This document shows positions 1 through 9,254 of a DNA stretch of 64,000 nucleotides, one piece after another. The translations under genes were made by a program, and so were the position numbers. A model generated the notes under the pieces. That model did not search any database, had not been told where the DNA came from, and saw nothing but the letters and a program-made list of their open reading frames with translations. The stretch's first letter is position 1. Every line of letters starts with the position of its first letter. This DNA comes from Caldilineaceae bacterium. GTDB lineage: Bacteria; Chloroflexota; Anaerolineae; Caldilineales; Caldilineaceae. The stretch spans positions 834 to 64,833 of the forward strand of contig JAHDWH010000004.1 in NCBI GenBank assembly GCA_023384455.1. The letters are read 5' to 3'.

Positions 1-1866
1 TTTCGCCCCAGCCCCCAGAGCGTACAGCCCCGCAGCACCATCACCCTGGACATTTCGGGCAGCGAGGACGATATTTTAGCCCGGATGAAGAGCAAATGGC
101 GCTATAATATCCGCCTGGCCGAGCGCAAAGAAGTCAGTGTGCGGGTCGGGACGACAGATGACCTGGGCCATTTTCAGGAATTGATGGAGACCACCGGCCA
201 GCGGGATGGCTTTGCTGTTCACGCTTTCGACTACTACCGCACGGCCCACAACCTGCTGGTTCCCCAGCACGGGGTCTACCTCTACGCAGAATTTGGGGGG
301 CAGGTGTTGGCGTCGATTGTTGTGCTGCACAGCGGCAGCCGGGCCTGGTATGTGTGGGGAGCCAGCAGCGATGCCGAGCGCAACCGTATGCCCAATCACG
401 CGCTCCAGTGGGCGGCCATCCGCTGGGCCAGAGCACGGGGCGCAACCCATTATGACTTGTGGGGGATTCCCGACGAGATCGGCCAGATCGCGGCGGGGAT
501 GGCCGGTGGGCAGTCTCTCTCCGCCGAGGAGATGCCGGTGGATGTGGCTGCTTTTCCGCCGGGTGATCTGTGGGGTGTCTTTCGCTTCAAGCAGGGCTTC
601 GGCGGTGTGGTGGAGCGCACGGTCGGTCCCTGGGATCGGCCTTTACAGACGCCGCTTTATCATCTGTACCGGGGCGGCGTGGCGGCGCGTACGGCCCGGG
701 CCGCGGGTCAACCGCCGGGGGAGATTCTCGGCGCGGCTCTCACCGCCCTCCTGCCGTCGCCAGACAGAACGTCCCCCACTCACCCCGCCATCCATCCGGT
801 TGAGTCTCCGGGCGAGTGGCGCTCTCTGCTGGCCGATCTGCCCGATCCCCACGTGCTGCAAAGCTGGGAATGGGGCAGCCTGAAAGCCCAGACCGGCTGG
901 CAGGCCCGGCGCTTTGGCTTGACCGGGGCCGACGGTCTGCCCGAAGCCGCTTTTCAGTATCTCTGGCGACAGCCGGTGGCCCGGCTTCCTCTTCGCGTAG
1001 CCTATGTGCCCAAAGGACCGGTGGTGGATTGGACCGACGAACTGGCCGTGGCCCGGGTGCTGGCCGCGCTGGAAGTGACGACCCGGCGCACGGCTTCCCT
1101 CTTTGTCAAAATCGATCCGGACGTGGACGAGACGAGTCTGGCCGGGCGGCGGGTGAAGGCGCTGCTGGGGGCCAGGGGGTGGCGCTTTAGCCCGGAGCAG
1201 ATTCAATTCAAGAATACGGGTATCACTCCTTTGGCGGGCACGGAAGAGGCGCTGCTGGAATCGTTCAAGAGCAAATGGCGCTATAATATCCGGCTGGCCG
1301 AGCGGCGGGGAATGGGGGTGCGGCTGGGCGGGGCAGAGGACCTGGCCGCCTTTTACACACTCTATACAGAGACGGGACAGCGGGACGGCTTTCTGATTCG
1401 CCCCTATGCCTATTACGCCGACATCTGGCGCACATTCCTGGCCGCGCAAGAGGAGGCAGGCAACCCGGCGGGGGGCGCGCTGCTCCTGGCCGAACACCCG
1501 GAGGAGAACCAACCCGTCGCGGGGATTTTTCTGCTGCGTTACGGGGAGAGGGCCTGGTATTTTTACGGCGCCAGCAGCGAAGTGCGGCGGCGGGATATGC
1601 CCAACCATCTGCTGCAGTGGGAGGGGATGCGTTGGGCGCAGGCGCAGGGCTGTACAGCCTATGACTGGTGGGGTGCGCCCAGCGCGCCGGAAGACCCGGA
1701 GGACAGCCTGCAAGGGGTCTGGCGTTTCAAAGAGGGTTTTGGCGCAGCGCTTCGTCAGCAGATCGGGGCCTGGGACTGGTCGCCCACACCGCTTCTGTGG
1801 CGGCTCTATCAGCGGGCTATGCCCCTGCTGCTGGATGTGATGCGGCAACGCCATCGGGCGGGATAG
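1..1866 (+). CDS. FemAB-family peptidoglycan interpeptide-bridge aminoacyltransferase with two tandem FemAB modules; 5' end lies outside the window
   Basis: Frame 1 is open from nt 1, with no stop before the track ATG at 85. The block KSKWRYNIRLAER..GQRDGF..AWY.YGASS..MPNH.LQW..YD.WG occurs twice (from nt 85 and nt 1264), separated by a Pro/Ala-rich linker. Confidence 0.8.
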   Translation, partial: FRPSPQSVQPRSTITLDISGSEDDILARMKSKWRYNIRLAERKEVSVRVGTTDDLGHFQELMETTGQRDGFAVHAFDYYRTAHNLLVPQHGVYLYAEFGGQVLASIVVLHSGSRAWYVWGASSDAERNRMPNHALQWAAIRWARARGATHYDLWGIPDEIGQIAAGMAGGQSLSAEEMPVDVAAFPPGDLWGVFRFKQGFGGVVERTVGPWDRPLQTPLYHLYRGGVAARTARAAGQPPGEILGAALTALLPSPDRTSPTHPAIHPVESPGEWRSLLADLPDPHVLQSWEWGSLKAQTGWQARRFGLTGADGLPEAAFQYLWRQPVARLPLRVAYVPKGPVVDWTDELAVARVLAALEVTTRRTASLFVKIDPDVDETSLAGRRVKALLGARGWRFSPEQIQFKNTGITPLAGTEEALLESFKSKWRYNIRLAERRGMGVRLGGAEDLAAFYTLYTETGQRDGFLIRPYAYYADIWRTFLAAQEEAGNPAGGALLLAEHPEENQPVAGIFLLRYGERAWYFYGASSEVRRRDMPNHLLQWEGMRWAQAQGCTAYDWWGAPSAPEDPEDSLQGVWRFKEGFGAALRQQIGAWDWSPTPLLWRLYQRAMPLLLDVMRQRHRAG

Positions 1867-1894
1867 AAACGTTTCAGGCAGCGGGAAGATTTTT

Positions 1895-1949
1895 GACACG
1901 AATTGCACGAATGACACGAATTGATGCGGTCATTCGTGCAATTCGTGTC
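1895..1949 (+). terminator. Hairpin built from CACGAAT-type tandem units, 30 nt after the FemAB stop
   Basis: Arm 1895-1913 (gacacgaattgcacgaatg) is the exact reverse complement of 1931-1949. The loop contains a further acacgaattg unit. Confidence 0.5.
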
Positions 1950-1980
1950 AAGAGGGCTGATTGGAGCTAGTTTCGCCGAT

Positions 1981-2027
1981 TTGACATCTGTTATGTCTAG
2001 GTGTTATTATTTTAGCTATGACTAAAA
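1981..2027 (+). promoter_or_regulatory. Sigma70-like promoter (TTGACA, 17-18 nt spacer, TTATTA/TATTAT) plus a TTTTAG-N6-CTAAAA imperfect palindrome overlapping the start codon; possibly a leaderless transcript
   Basis: TTGACA at 1981-1986 and an AT-rich hexamer at 2004-2010. The ATG at 2018 lies only about 8 nt after the -10. Palindrome arms are at 2010-2015 and 2022-2027. Confidence 0.35.
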
Positions 2028-2719
2028 ATTATGTGTACGCCACCGAAAACCCCCTGACTCCGGCTCACGAGGATTATCTCAAAGCCATCTATCTGCTGGA
2101 AAGCAATGGCGAGCTAGTGAGCAACTCTGCCCTGGCCCAGCATATGGGATTTGCCCCGGCGTCGGCTACCAATATGGTCAAGAAACTGGCCGAGTTGCAT
2201 CTGGTCACCCACGAACCCTACCGGGGCGTGGAGTTGACTGCACTGGGTCGCCAGGTGGCGCTGGAAGTACTACGCCACCACCGGCTTATCGAACTCTTCC
2301 TCCACGAAACCCTCGCAATGTCCTGGGACCGGGTACACGAAGAAGCCGACAAGCTGGAACACGTAATCAGCGAGGCGATGGAGGACGCTATGGCCGCGGT
2401 GCTGGGCAACCCGACAGTAGACCCCCACGGCGATCCCATCCCCAGCAAAGAGGGACACGTAGATAAGACGCCCGGTTTTCTATTGACTGGGGCGGCTATC
2501 GACGCGCGCCTGCGCCTTATCCGTGTCCTGACCCAAGACCCGGATCGGCTCTGCTATCTGGGCAGCCTGGGACTCTATCCGGACGCGCAACTGGTGCTGC
2601 GCGAGCGAGCGCCCCTTGAGGGGCCCCTGCTGGTTGAGGTCAATGGCAAGCCCCACGCGCTGGCCTATGAAATGGCCGAATCCTTGCAAGTTGTTGTAGC
2701 GGAATTGGTTCTCGCCTGA
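2018..2719 (+). CDS. DtxR/MntR-family metal-dependent transcriptional repressor with a C-terminal FeoA/SH3-like domain
   Basis: HEDYLKAIYLL, HHRLIELFL and DPHGDPIP motifs typical of the DtxR family. Confidence 0.85.
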   Translation: MTKNYVYATENPLTPAHEDYLKAIYLLESNGELVSNSALAQHMGFAPASATNMVKKLAELHLVTHEPYRGVELTALGRQVALEVLRHHRLIELFLHETLAMSWDRVHEEADKLEHVISEAMEDAMAAVLGNPTVDPHGDPIPSKEGHVDKTPGFLLTGAAIDARLRLIRVLTQDPDRLCYLGSLGLYPDAQLVLRERAPLEGPLLVEVNGKPHALAYEMAESLQVVVAELVLA

Positions 2720-2731
2720 AATTTTTTGCGC

Positions 2732-2760
2732 TTGATTTTTAGTCACGGCTAATCTTAATT
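2732..2760 (+). promoter_or_regulatory. Candidate promoter (TTGATT, 17 nt, TTAATT) with a second TTTTAG-N6-CTAA box in the spacer
   Basis: atttttagtcacggctaa (2736-2753) is the near reverse complement (16/18) of ttagctatgactaaaaat at 2011-2028. Confidence 0.3.
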
Positions 2761-2786
2761 ACAGCCTATGCAAAGGAGTATACCGA

Positions 2787-3824
2787 ATGGAAAGTATATT
2801 CACCCAGCCTATCTTCTGGCTCGTCGTGATTGCTGTACTACTTATGGCGGGCTTCTGGCCTGGCCGCGGCCCCTTCTGGCGACGCTGGAAGAATAACGAG
2901 CGCCAGCGACGGGTGCTGATCGAAGATGGCCTGAAACACATCTACACCTTTCGCCAGCGGGAGATTCCCGTCACTGTGGAATCCCTGGCTGGCGCGGTGG
3001 AACTCAACCGCGCCCAGGCCAGCGAACTGATCGCAGAGATGGAGCAGTCCGCTCTGCTCCACTACGGCGAAAGCGGGCTGGAACTGACCCCCAAAGGCGA
3101 AGCCCTGGCCCTGCACGTCGTCCGTGCCCATCGCCTGTGGGAGACCCATCTGGCCGACAAGACTGGTCTGGCCCCTACCGACTGGCACAGCCAGGCCGAA
3201 CGCCAGGAACACAACTTGACGCCCGCCGAATTGGATGCGCTGGCCGCCAGCCTCGGCCATCCGGTCTACGACCCCCACGGCGACCCCATCCCCACCGAGA
3301 AAGGCGTGGATGCCCCCTCCAGTTTTGCCCTCACCGAAGCCAAACCCAATCAGACGTTGCGTATCGTCCATCTGGAGGACGAGCCACCGGTGGTCTTTGC
3401 CCAACTGGTGGCCGAAGGGCTGCATCCGGGCATGGCAATCCAAGTGATTGAAAAGAACGATCAATACCTGCGTTTTGTGGGTGAAGGCGAAGAGCGCCGT
3501 CTGGCTCCCCAACTGGCCGCCAATGTGGAGGTTCAGCCTGTCCGCCAGCCCAACGGACAGGTGTTGGGCAATGTCCAGCCGCTCCACAGCCTGCGCGTGG
3601 GCGAAGAGGCCAAAGTCGTGGCTGTCTCCCGCGCCTGTCGCGGACCCGAACGGCGGCGGCTGATGGACCTGGGCATCTTGCCCGGCGTACGCATCGAAGT
3701 CGCCATGCCCAGCCCGATGAATGACCCGGTGGCCTATCGGGTACGGGATACACTGATTGCCCTGCGCAGGGATCAGGCGCAGATGATATTGATTGAGCGC
3801 ACGCCCAGCGGAGTCGCGGCGTAG
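2787..3824 (+). CDS. Membrane-anchored DtxR-like (wHTH plus dimerisation) protein fused to a C-terminal FeoA domain
   Basis: N-terminal hydrophobic helix [15 protein letters not shown]; [11 protein letters not shown] and DPHGDPIP (DtxR core); C-terminal [23 protein letters not shown] (FeoA). Confidence 0.75.
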   Translation: MESIFTQPIFWLVVIAVLLMAGFWPGRGPFWRRWKNNERQRRVLIEDGLKHIYTFRQREIPVTVESLAGAVELNRAQASELIAEMEQSALLHYGESGLELTPKGEALALHVVRAHRLWETHLADKTGLAPTDWHSQAERQEHNLTPAELDALAASLGHPVYDPHGDPIPTEKGVDAPSSFALTEAKPNQTLRIVHLEDEPPVVFAQLVAEGLHPGMAIQVIEKNDQYLRFVGEGEERRLAPQLAANVEVQPVRQPNGQVLGNVQPLHSLRVGEEAKVVAVSRACRGPERRRLMDLGILPGVRIEVAMPSPMNDPVAYRVRDTLIALRRDQAQMILIERTPSGVAA

Positions 3825-3826
3825 CT

Positions 3827-3948
3827 CGTATTGCGTATTGCGTAAGCAAGTGACGTTTGACGTACACCGGATCATCTGGGGCAGTGACGAAAAAACGCCA
3901 GATCAGCGGAAATCGTCACTACCTACGGAATACGCAATACGCAATACG
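3827..3948. repeat. Perfect 18-bp inverted repeat made of CGTATTG heptads, enclosing an 86-nt spacer with alternative inner pairings
   Basis: cgtattgcgtattgcgta (3827-3844) pairs with tacgcaatacgcaatacg (3931-3948). agtgacg (3849-3855) and gtgacga (3884-3890) can each pair with 3913-3920. Confidence 0.7.
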
Positions 3949-3966
3949 CGACGCCTCACCCGAAAG

Positions 3967-4884
3967 ATGAAAGGACTTAAATTTCCAATGGCCGACAAAA
4001 TACACATCGAACCCATCCCCCTCACTACTACCCACAGCGCCCACGGCGGCAGTTGCGATGGCTGCGCGGTCCACAACGCTGGCGCTCTGCTAAAATTGGG
4101 TGTGGATATGCAGAATTGGGATTACGTCGTCGCCCTGGCCGGCAATCCCAACACAGGCAAGAGCACCGTCTTCAACGCCCTCACCGGGCTGCGCCAACAC
4201 ACGGGCAATTGGCCGGGCAAGACCGTTGCCCGGGCCGAGGGCGGCTTTGTCTACAGCGACAAACGCTACAAACTGGTGGACTTGCCCGGAACCTACTCCC
4301 TTCTCGCCACCAGCCTGGACGAGGAGATCGCCCGGGACTTTATCCTCTTCGGCCAGCCCGACGTGACGATTATTGTGGTGGACGCCACCCGCCTGGAGCG
4401 CAACCTGAATCTGGTGTTGCAAACCCTGGAAATCACCGACCGGGCCGTCGTCTGCCTCAATCTGATGGACGAGGCCCGCCGCCACAAATTGCAGGTGGAC
4501 GACCGCCGCCTGGCGCGAGATTTGGGCGTGCCCGTCGTGCCCACCGCAGCCCGCCAGGGTGAAGGATTGGCAGACCTGCTCCAGGCCGTCCACGAAGTCG
4601 CCACCGGCGAAGTAGTCTGCAAACCCTTTCGGATGCAGAAGGAACCCAAAGCCATCAAAGGCGCGTTGGACCGGCTGGTGGCCCAGCTCACAACCGCCTT
4701 CCCCGGTCTGCCCAACGCCCGCTGGGTGGCCCTGCGTCTGCTCGACGGGGACGAAAGTATTGTGCAGGCCGTGCGCAGCGGCGAGCTGGGCCAACTGATC
4801 AGCGGCACGCCGGATGTGGCCCAGCGCCAATTGACCCATCCTCGTACTGAGCTTGTCGAACGTAAAATGGAGGTGACGGTATGA
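3967..4884 (+). CDS. feoB: Ferrous iron transporter FeoB, N-terminal GTPase domain, encoded as a separate ORF
   Basis: G1 motif [12 protein letters not shown] and DLPGTYSL. The start was trimmed to the ATG at 3967 (3988 is also possible) because the track ORF start at 3793 runs through the hairpin spacer. Confidence 0.85.
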   Translation: MKGLKFPMADKIHIEPIPLTTTHSAHGGSCDGCAVHNAGALLKLGVDMQNWDYVVALAGNPNTGKSTVFNALTGLRQHTGNWPGKTVARAEGGFVYSDKRYKLVDLPGTYSLLATSLDEEIARDFILFGQPDVTIIVVDATRLERNLNLVLQTLEITDRAVVCLNLMDEARRHKLQVDDRRLARDLGVPVVPTAARQGEGLADLLQAVHEVATGEVVCKPFRMQKEPKAIKGALDRLVAQLTTAFPGLPNARWVALRLLDGDESIVQAVRSGELGQLISGTPDVAQRQLTHPRTELVERKMEVTV

Positions 4885-6365
4885 CCGTCGATGTTTCTAC
4901 CGCGGGGATGCCCAACGGCTTTTCTCCCCGCCAACCCCAAACCACCACACCCGTCACTGCTGACTCGATTCTGGCCAGCGTAGACGCTTTTCGCCGGGAG
5001 ATGACCACCGACATCCACGAGGAGTGGGTGGAGGCAGTCTACGGCGAAGCCTCGAGGCTGGCCGAGCGCAGCGTCACCCGCCCGGGCAGAAAAGCCCAGT
5101 TCGATCTGGACCGCACGATTGATCGGCTGGTCACAAGCCGCTGGCTGGGCTTCCCGATTATGCTGGCCCTTTTCACTTTTGTTCTCTGGCTGACAATCGC
5201 CGGGGCCAATGTGCCCTCGGCCATGCTGGCCGACCTGCTCCTGGGCACGATCCACCCCTGGCTGAAAGGCATCGCGGCGGCCATCGGCCTGCCCTGGTGG
5301 CTGGACGGCCTGCTCATCGACGGCATTTACCTGGGCACGGCCTGGGTGGTCAGTGTGATGCTGCCGCCGATGGCGATCTTTTTCCCGATGTTTACGCTGC
5401 TGGAAGATTTGGGCTATCTGCCCCGCGTCGCCTTCAACCTGGACGCCATCTTCCGCAAGGCCGGCGCGCACGGCAAGCAGTCGATGTCGATGATGATGGG
5501 CTTCGGCTGCAACGCGGCGGGGGTCATCGCCACCCGCATCATCGACAGCCCCCGGGAGCGGCTGATCGCCATCATCACCAACAACTTCGCCCTCTGCAAC
5601 GGGCGCTGGCCCACCCAAATTTTGATCGCCACGATTTTTATCGGCGGGCTGGTGCCCGCCCAGCTGGCCGGGCTGATCTCCGCGGGCGCGGTGGTGGGCA
5701 TCGCCCTCCTCGGCGTGCTGCTGACCTTCGCCGTCTCCTGGGCGCTCTCCCGCACAATCCTGAAGGGCGAAGTCTCCACCTTCAGCCTGGAGCTGCCCCC
5801 CTACCGCCCGCCCCGGGTTTTACAGACGATTTACACATCGCTCATCGACCGCACGATGTACGTCCTGTGGCGGGCAATTGTCTTTGCCGCGCCCGCGGGC
5901 GCGGCCATCTGGCTGACCGCCAATATTCCTGTGGGCGACATCAGCCTGGCCGAGTGGCTGATCAATGGGATGAACCCCTTTGGCCTGCTCCTGGGGTTGA
6001 ACGGCGTGATTCTGCTGGCTTATATCGTCGCCATCCCGGCCAACGAAATCGTCATCCCCACGATTCTGATGCTGACTGTTCTGACCACGGGGATGGCCGA
6101 CGTCGGCGCCGGCGCAGGGGTGATGTTCGAGCTGGACTCTCTCAACGCCACCGAAGCCCTCTTCTCCGCAGGCGGCTGGACACTGCTGACCGCAGTCAAT
6201 CTGATGCTCTTCAGCCTGATGCACAACCCGTGCAGCACGACGATCTATACGATCTACAAAGAGACAGGCAGCGCCAAATGGACGACCATCGCCACACTAA
6301 TGCCGGTGGTGATGGGCTTTGTGGTAACATTTACCGTAGCCCAGGTATGGCGGCTGTTTGTGTAA
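4881..6365 (+). CDS. feoB: Ferrous iron transporter FeoB, membrane (gate/nucleoside-recognition) domain
   Basis: ATGA overlap with the GTPase ORF at 4881-4884. Polytopic, with the typical FeoB-C sequence [16 protein letters not shown]. Confidence 0.85.
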   Translation: MTVDVSTAGMPNGFSPRQPQTTTPVTADSILASVDAFRREMTTDIHEEWVEAVYGEASRLAERSVTRPGRKAQFDLDRTIDRLVTSRWLGFPIMLALFTFVLWLTIAGANVPSAMLADLLLGTIHPWLKGIAAAIGLPWWLDGLLIDGIYLGTAWVVSVMLPPMAIFFPMFTLLEDLGYLPRVAFNLDAIFRKAGAHGKQSMSMMMGFGCNAAGVIATRIIDSPRERLIAIITNNFALCNGRWPTQILIATIFIGGLVPAQLAGLISAGAVVGIALLGVLLTFAVSWALSRTILKGEVSTFSLELPPYRPPRVLQTIYTSLIDRTMYVLWRAIVFAAPAGAAIWLTANIPVGDISLAEWLINGMNPFGLLLGLNGVILLAYIVAIPANEIVIPTILMLTVLTTGMADVGAGAGVMFELDSLNATEALFSAGGWTLLTAVNLMLFSLMHNPCSTTIYTIYKETGSAKWTTIATLMPVVMGFVVTFTVAQVWRLFV

Positions 6366-6610
6366 ACGATGCAAGACCAGCGCCGGTTGAGTAGTGTCCT
6401 GAGTTCATCGAAGGGTAGGAGCCATCTCAGAAAGCGGGGGCTTTTTCCCGCCGCGTGCGTAAACGATGAATGACCAGCGCCGGTTGAGTAGGCGGGTGTT
6501 TTTCCCCGCCGTATCGAAACCAAAGCGGGTTGACGAAGATTTCTCTCCTCACCCGTTCGCACTGGTTTCGATACGCCCTCCGCAGACTCCGGGCTACTCA
6601 ACCGGCGCTC
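6361..6610. repeat. Repeat family 3: 33-bp direct repeat (6361-6393 and 6459-6491) plus a roughly 137-bp palindromic pair of CAGCGCCGGTTGAGTAG..GTATCGAAACC units
   Basis: Forward unit at 6474-6535 and inverted unit at 6555-6610. The element starts at the feoB stop codon. Confidence 0.7.
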
Positions 6611-6691
6611 ACTGGCCTGGACTGTCCGCAACGCTTGTGACTTCGTCACCTTACGCAGCACGCAGTATGCAGCCAACCGAAGGAAACGTCA

Positions 6692-8989
6692 ATGATGCCC
6701 AACACAACCCTCTCCTCCACCCTCTCCCTCCCCATCTCTGGGATGGACTGCGCCGACTGTGCCCGCACGATCCAAACCGGCGTTTCCCGCTTGCCCGGTG
6801 TGGAAAGCTGTTCTGTCAACTTCGCCGCGGCCAAAATGAATGTGACCGGCGGTGTGGCCGAAGAAGCCGTCGTCGCCCGGGTGCGGGAACTGGGCTACGA
6901 CATCGCCCAGGAAGCCGCGCCCGGCGCGGCCCCAGTCCAGCCACCGGCTAATTTTCTGCGCTTTCTGCTCAACAGCCAAGAGACCCGGCTGGCATTATTA
7001 GCCGCGCTTTTCATCCTGCCCGGTCTGATCTTCAACGAATTTCTGCCGATGCTGGGTGTGGAGCATTGGCTTTTCGACGCCACTTCCCTGCTGGCGATGC
7101 TCCTGGCCGGTTTCCCCATCGCCCGCAGCGGCTGGAACGCGCTGCGCATCAACCGGCAGATTACCATCAACGGGCTGATGACGATCGCCGCAGTGGGTGC
7201 GGTGGTCATCGGCGCCTACAGCGAAGCCGGGCTGGTGATGGTTCTCTTTGCCCTGGGCGAGGCCCTGGAAGGCTACACCGTCGAGCGCTCCCGCCACTCC
7301 ATCCGCAGCCTGTTGGAAGTGGCGCCGGCAGAGGCGCTTGTCCTGCATCCCTGTATGGATTGCCAGGGACACCGGGGCAAACTGCTCGACGACGGCACGC
7401 CCTACGCCAGCGGCCCCTGCCCCTGGTGCGGCAGCCACGAGGAGAGCGTGCCTGTGGCGTCCCTGGCAGTCGGCGATATTGTGCTGGTCAAGCCCGGCGC
7501 GGCCATCCCCGTGGATGGCCGGGTTCTGACCGGCGCGTCTGCCGTCAACCAGGCCCCCATCACCGGCGAAAGCGTGCCTGTGGACAAGACCCCCGGCGAC
7601 GAACTCTTTGCGGGCAGCATCAACGGCCACGCCAGTCTGGAAGTGGAAGTCACCCGGCTGGCCGCGGACAATACCCTCAGCCGGATGATCCGGATGGTGG
7701 AGGATGCCCAGGAGCAGCGGGCCCCGGCCCAGCGCTTTGTGGACCGCTTCGCCGAAGTTTACACGCCGCTGGTGGTGGCGATTGCCGCGCTGACCGCGGC
7801 CCTGCCCCCCCTCTTTTGGGATGCCCCCTTCTGGAACACAGCCGATGGCGGCCAGGGCTGGCTCTACCGCGGACTGGCTCTGCTCGTCGTGGCCTGCCCC
7901 TGCGCGCTGGTCATCAGCACACCGGTCACAATCATCAGCGCTATCAGCAACGCCGCCCGCAACGGCGTGCTCATCAAAGGCGGCGCATTTCTGGAGGCGA
8001 TGGCGGGTATCCGGGCCATCGCCTTTGACAAGACCGGTACGCTGACCGCGGGCCGACCGGCGGTGGTCACAGTGCGTTCGGTCAATTGTCTTTCCCCCGC
8101 CCAAGAACCCTGCGCCCCCTGCGCCGATCTGCTGGCCCTGGCCGCGGCCGTGGAGCAGCGCAGCGAACACCCGCTGGCTCGCGCCGTGGTCAGCGCATCC
8201 CAGGGCTTCCCCAGCCCCTATCCCGTGGCCGAGGGTGTGACCGCGCTGGTGGGCGCGGGGGTCTCCGGCGCGGTGGCCGGGCGGCCTGTGCTGGTGGGCA
8301 GCCACGCCTATTTCGAGGCGAATGTGCCCCACGGGTTGGAGCAGTGCGCGGCCATCGACGCCGCGTCTGGTCTGGGCCAGACGCCGTTGCTGGTCAGCGC
8401 GGGACAGGAGTATCAGGGCTATATTACTGTGGCGGATGAAGTGCGGGAGAGCAGTCGCCGGGTGCTGGGCGAACTGAGCGAGGCGGGCATCGCCCATACA
8501 GTGATGCTCACCGGCGATAACCCGGCCACAGCCCAGCACATCGCCGGACAGGTGGGGGTGACGGATGTGCGGGCCGGTTTGCTCCCAGAGCAAAAGGCCG
8601 CCGCGGTGCAGGAATTGTTGGCCCGCTTTGGCCCGACGGCAATGGTGGGGGACGGCATCAACGACGCGCCCGCCCTGGCAACAGCGACGGTCGGTATTGC
8701 AATGGGCGCGGCCAGCGGTGGCACGGCTCAGGCAATGGAGACCGCCGACATTGCGCTGATGGGCGACGACCTGAGCCGCCTGCCCTTCCTCGTCCGCCTG
8801 AGCCGGGCCGCGATGCAGACGGTGCGGGTAAATGTAGCCCTGAGCATCGGCATCAAAGTCGTCTTTCTGTTGCTGGTGCTGGCGGGTTGGGGGACGATGT
8901 GGATGGCTGTCCTGGCCGACGTGGGCACGTCGGTGCTGGTGACGCTGAATGGGATGCGGTTGCTGCGCTGGCGGGGATACGTTGGGTGA
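6692..8989 (+). CDS. Heavy-metal translocating P1B-type ATPase (Zn/Cd/Co-type CPC motif)
   Basis: HMA motif GMDCADCA, TM6 CPC (VACPCALVIS), DKTGTLT and GDGINDAP. Confidence 0.9.
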   Translation: MMPNTTLSSTLSLPISGMDCADCARTIQTGVSRLPGVESCSVNFAAAKMNVTGGVAEEAVVARVRELGYDIAQEAAPGAAPVQPPANFLRFLLNSQETRLALLAALFILPGLIFNEFLPMLGVEHWLFDATSLLAMLLAGFPIARSGWNALRINRQITINGLMTIAAVGAVVIGAYSEAGLVMVLFALGEALEGYTVERSRHSIRSLLEVAPAEALVLHPCMDCQGHRGKLLDDGTPYASGPCPWCGSHEESVPVASLAVGDIVLVKPGAAIPVDGRVLTGASAVNQAPITGESVPVDKTPGDELFAGSINGHASLEVEVTRLAADNTLSRMIRMVEDAQEQRAPAQRFVDRFAEVYTPLVVAIAALTAALPPLFWDAPFWNTADGGQGWLYRGLALLVVACPCALVISTPVTIISAISNAARNGVLIKGGAFLEAMAGIRAIAFDKTGTLTAGRPAVVTVRSVNCLSPAQEPCAPCADLLALAAAVEQRSEHPLARAVVSASQGFPSPYPVAEGVTALVGAGVSGAVAGRPVLVGSHAYFEANVPHGLEQCAAIDAASGLGQTPLLVSAGQEYQGYITVADEVRESSRRVLGELSEAGIAHTVMLTGDNPATAQHIAGQVGVTDVRAGLLPEQKAAAVQELLARFGPTAMVGDGINDAPALATATVGIAMGAASGGTAQAMETADIALMGDDLSRLPFLVRLSRAAMQTVRVNVALSIGIKVVFLLLVLAGWGTMWMAVLADVGTSVLVTLNGMRLLRWRGYVG

Positions 8990-9176
8990 ATGTCCGACAC
9001 CAACTACGAACTCGCCGTCAACACTGCGAGACATTTCACAACACGTCCATACCTTTTGGGTTCTCACCCTCTCCGCCCAGCGATGGAGAATTCAAACAAC
9101 GCGCTATAAAATAGGTGATGATAGCGTTAGGGACACAGAAGGGCGCAAAAAATCGAGGTTGACATAGCGAAAAAAG

Positions 9177-9222
9177 TGTGTTTCAATGTCAATGTAATCG
9201 ATTACATTGACATTGAAACACA
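9177..9222. promoter_or_regulatory. 46-bp perfect palindrome containing a LacI/GalR-type operator core TGTAATCGATTACA
   Basis: Checked base by base. The symmetry centre is between 9199 and 9200, and the first mismatch is at 9176/9223. It lies 33 nt upstream of the LacI-family gene. Confidence 0.6.
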
Positions 9223-9254
9223 AATCTTCCAACCGATTCGAACAGGAATAGCCT

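Noticed and set aside
643-1917. Long antisense or alternate-frame ORFs overlapping well-supported genes. Examples: 643-1917(-), 2838-3875(-), 4293-5618(-), 5297-6394(+), 6998-9067(-), 19666-20709(-), 23447-24412(-), 43288-45144(-), 45376-46476(-), 54305-55873(-), 57515-58774(-) and 57589-59136(+).
   Set aside because: The translations are Arg/Gly/Pro/Ala-rich low-complexity sequences with no motifs. Each lies opposite to, or out of frame with, an ORF carrying clear family signatures. This is the expected stop-codon-poor artefact of DNA with more than 60% GC.
6366-6691. Metal-responsive riboswitch or leader upstream of the P-type ATPase.
   Set aside because: The region is fully accounted for by repeat family 3, which recurs downstream of an unrelated sugar permease operon. 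No known riboswitch consensus was recognised.
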